From Squalus acanthias (Eukaryota), in NCBI GenBank assembly GCA_030390025.1, contig CM059431.1, positions 115,818,001 through 115,882,000 of the forward strand: 64,000 nucleotides of DNA. The letters are read 5' to 3'. Positions 63,240 to 64,000 of the stretch are shown here, piece after piece (the first letter of the stretch is position 1; each line of letters starts with the position of its first letter). The notes below the pieces were generated by a model. The model was not told the DNA's origin. It was given only the letters and a program-made list of their open reading frames with translations, and did not search any database. The position numbers and the translations under genes were made by a program.

Positions 63240-64000
63240 ATTTTGGAGCTCCATGTTCCAGCTGACGCCCTCTCTTAACCTCGCACAGCTGAACACGTGT
63301 TAAGCAGGACCCGCCACCAGTGCCATTTAAAGGGATCATCAACTACTTACAGGTTAGGTGCTGGTTGATTTCTTCTGGCTGTTGCTACAATTTTTTGTGC
63401 TTTCCATAGTTGTTTCAAGTTTCAAAAGTCTACAGGGAGTGGTGTGGCAGGTGCTGAAGGACTTTTTGGTAACTTCAAGACTTCTGCACAAACCAGTTGC
63501 TCCCAGACATGGGTGCACGAGTAGGCCTACCTCTTGGAATCGAGCATGACTGGGAGAATGAGCAGAGGCCATGCAGAGCAGGACAAGCTGCTCGAAGAGG
63601 GAGGAGGAGGATGGGGAGGAAGAGGAGGATGAGGAGGAGAAGGAGGTGGAAGAGGAGGTAGAGGAAGGGAGGCTGCAGCTTTGACAACCCTTTTCTGCCC
63701 GGGCAGTACTTGAAGAACTAATTCAAGTGCGATACCAGTAACCTCAACCCCAATTCTCCACTCACCAACAGTCCCACACCTTACCTTCCCTCTGTCACTG
63801 ATCATCACATCGCCCTCTTGGCCACAATGCAAAAATAAAAGCCAACACAAAATAAGCATTGCAAACCAAATTTATAATGTAAATCATGCCATATTGCATA
63901 CAAACTCAAACTAATTACCCTTGTGCATTCCCTTAGTGTATGTCTGTCATGTGCCTTTGCTTGTCCTAGTGCTCCTATGAAGTGCTACCCCAGTGGCTGC
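63240..64000. mobile_element. Further Harbinger segment (deleted transposase N-terminus plus the Myb 3' end on the minus strand), continuing beyond the window
   Basis: ATG 63509 opens MGARVG..., an Arg-rich start. 63915-64000 resembles 27765-27840 (TACCCTTGTG...CTATGA.GTGCTACCCC). Confidence 0.55.

Noticed and set aside
63527..63859. Low-complexity Pro/Leu ORFs
   Set aside because: Antisense reading of a (GGA)n tract within a Harbinger remnant.

Overview
Repeat-rich vertebrate intergenic or intronic DNA. The repeat content (DeuSINE/SacSINE1-like SINEs, CR1 3' ends with (TTCTTATG)n or (ACTCTATG)n tails, Penelope-like termini) suggests a cartilaginous fish; this is inferred from recognition, not from a search. 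I could not support any intact host protein-coding gene. The window is dominated by PIF/Harbinger DNA transposons of at least three families. These include one full-length but decayed element (26052-29886), one split by a CR1 LINE and itself inserted in a SINE (52747-57121), several deletion derivatives and MITEs with 3-bp target duplications, and much older Myb-like and transposase fossils. Also present are many CR1 fragments, an RTE 3' end with a 16-bp TSD, LF-SINE-like relics, an RPL30 processed pseudogene split by a SINE, a probable solo LTR and a 19-bp G-rich minisatellite. The three most notable observations are: an intact spliced 148-aa Myb/SANT mini-gene in a transposase-less Harbinger, a CCAAT-CRE-TATA-like cassette carried by Harbinger ends, and three hammerhead-ribozyme-core copies in Penelope-like termini.
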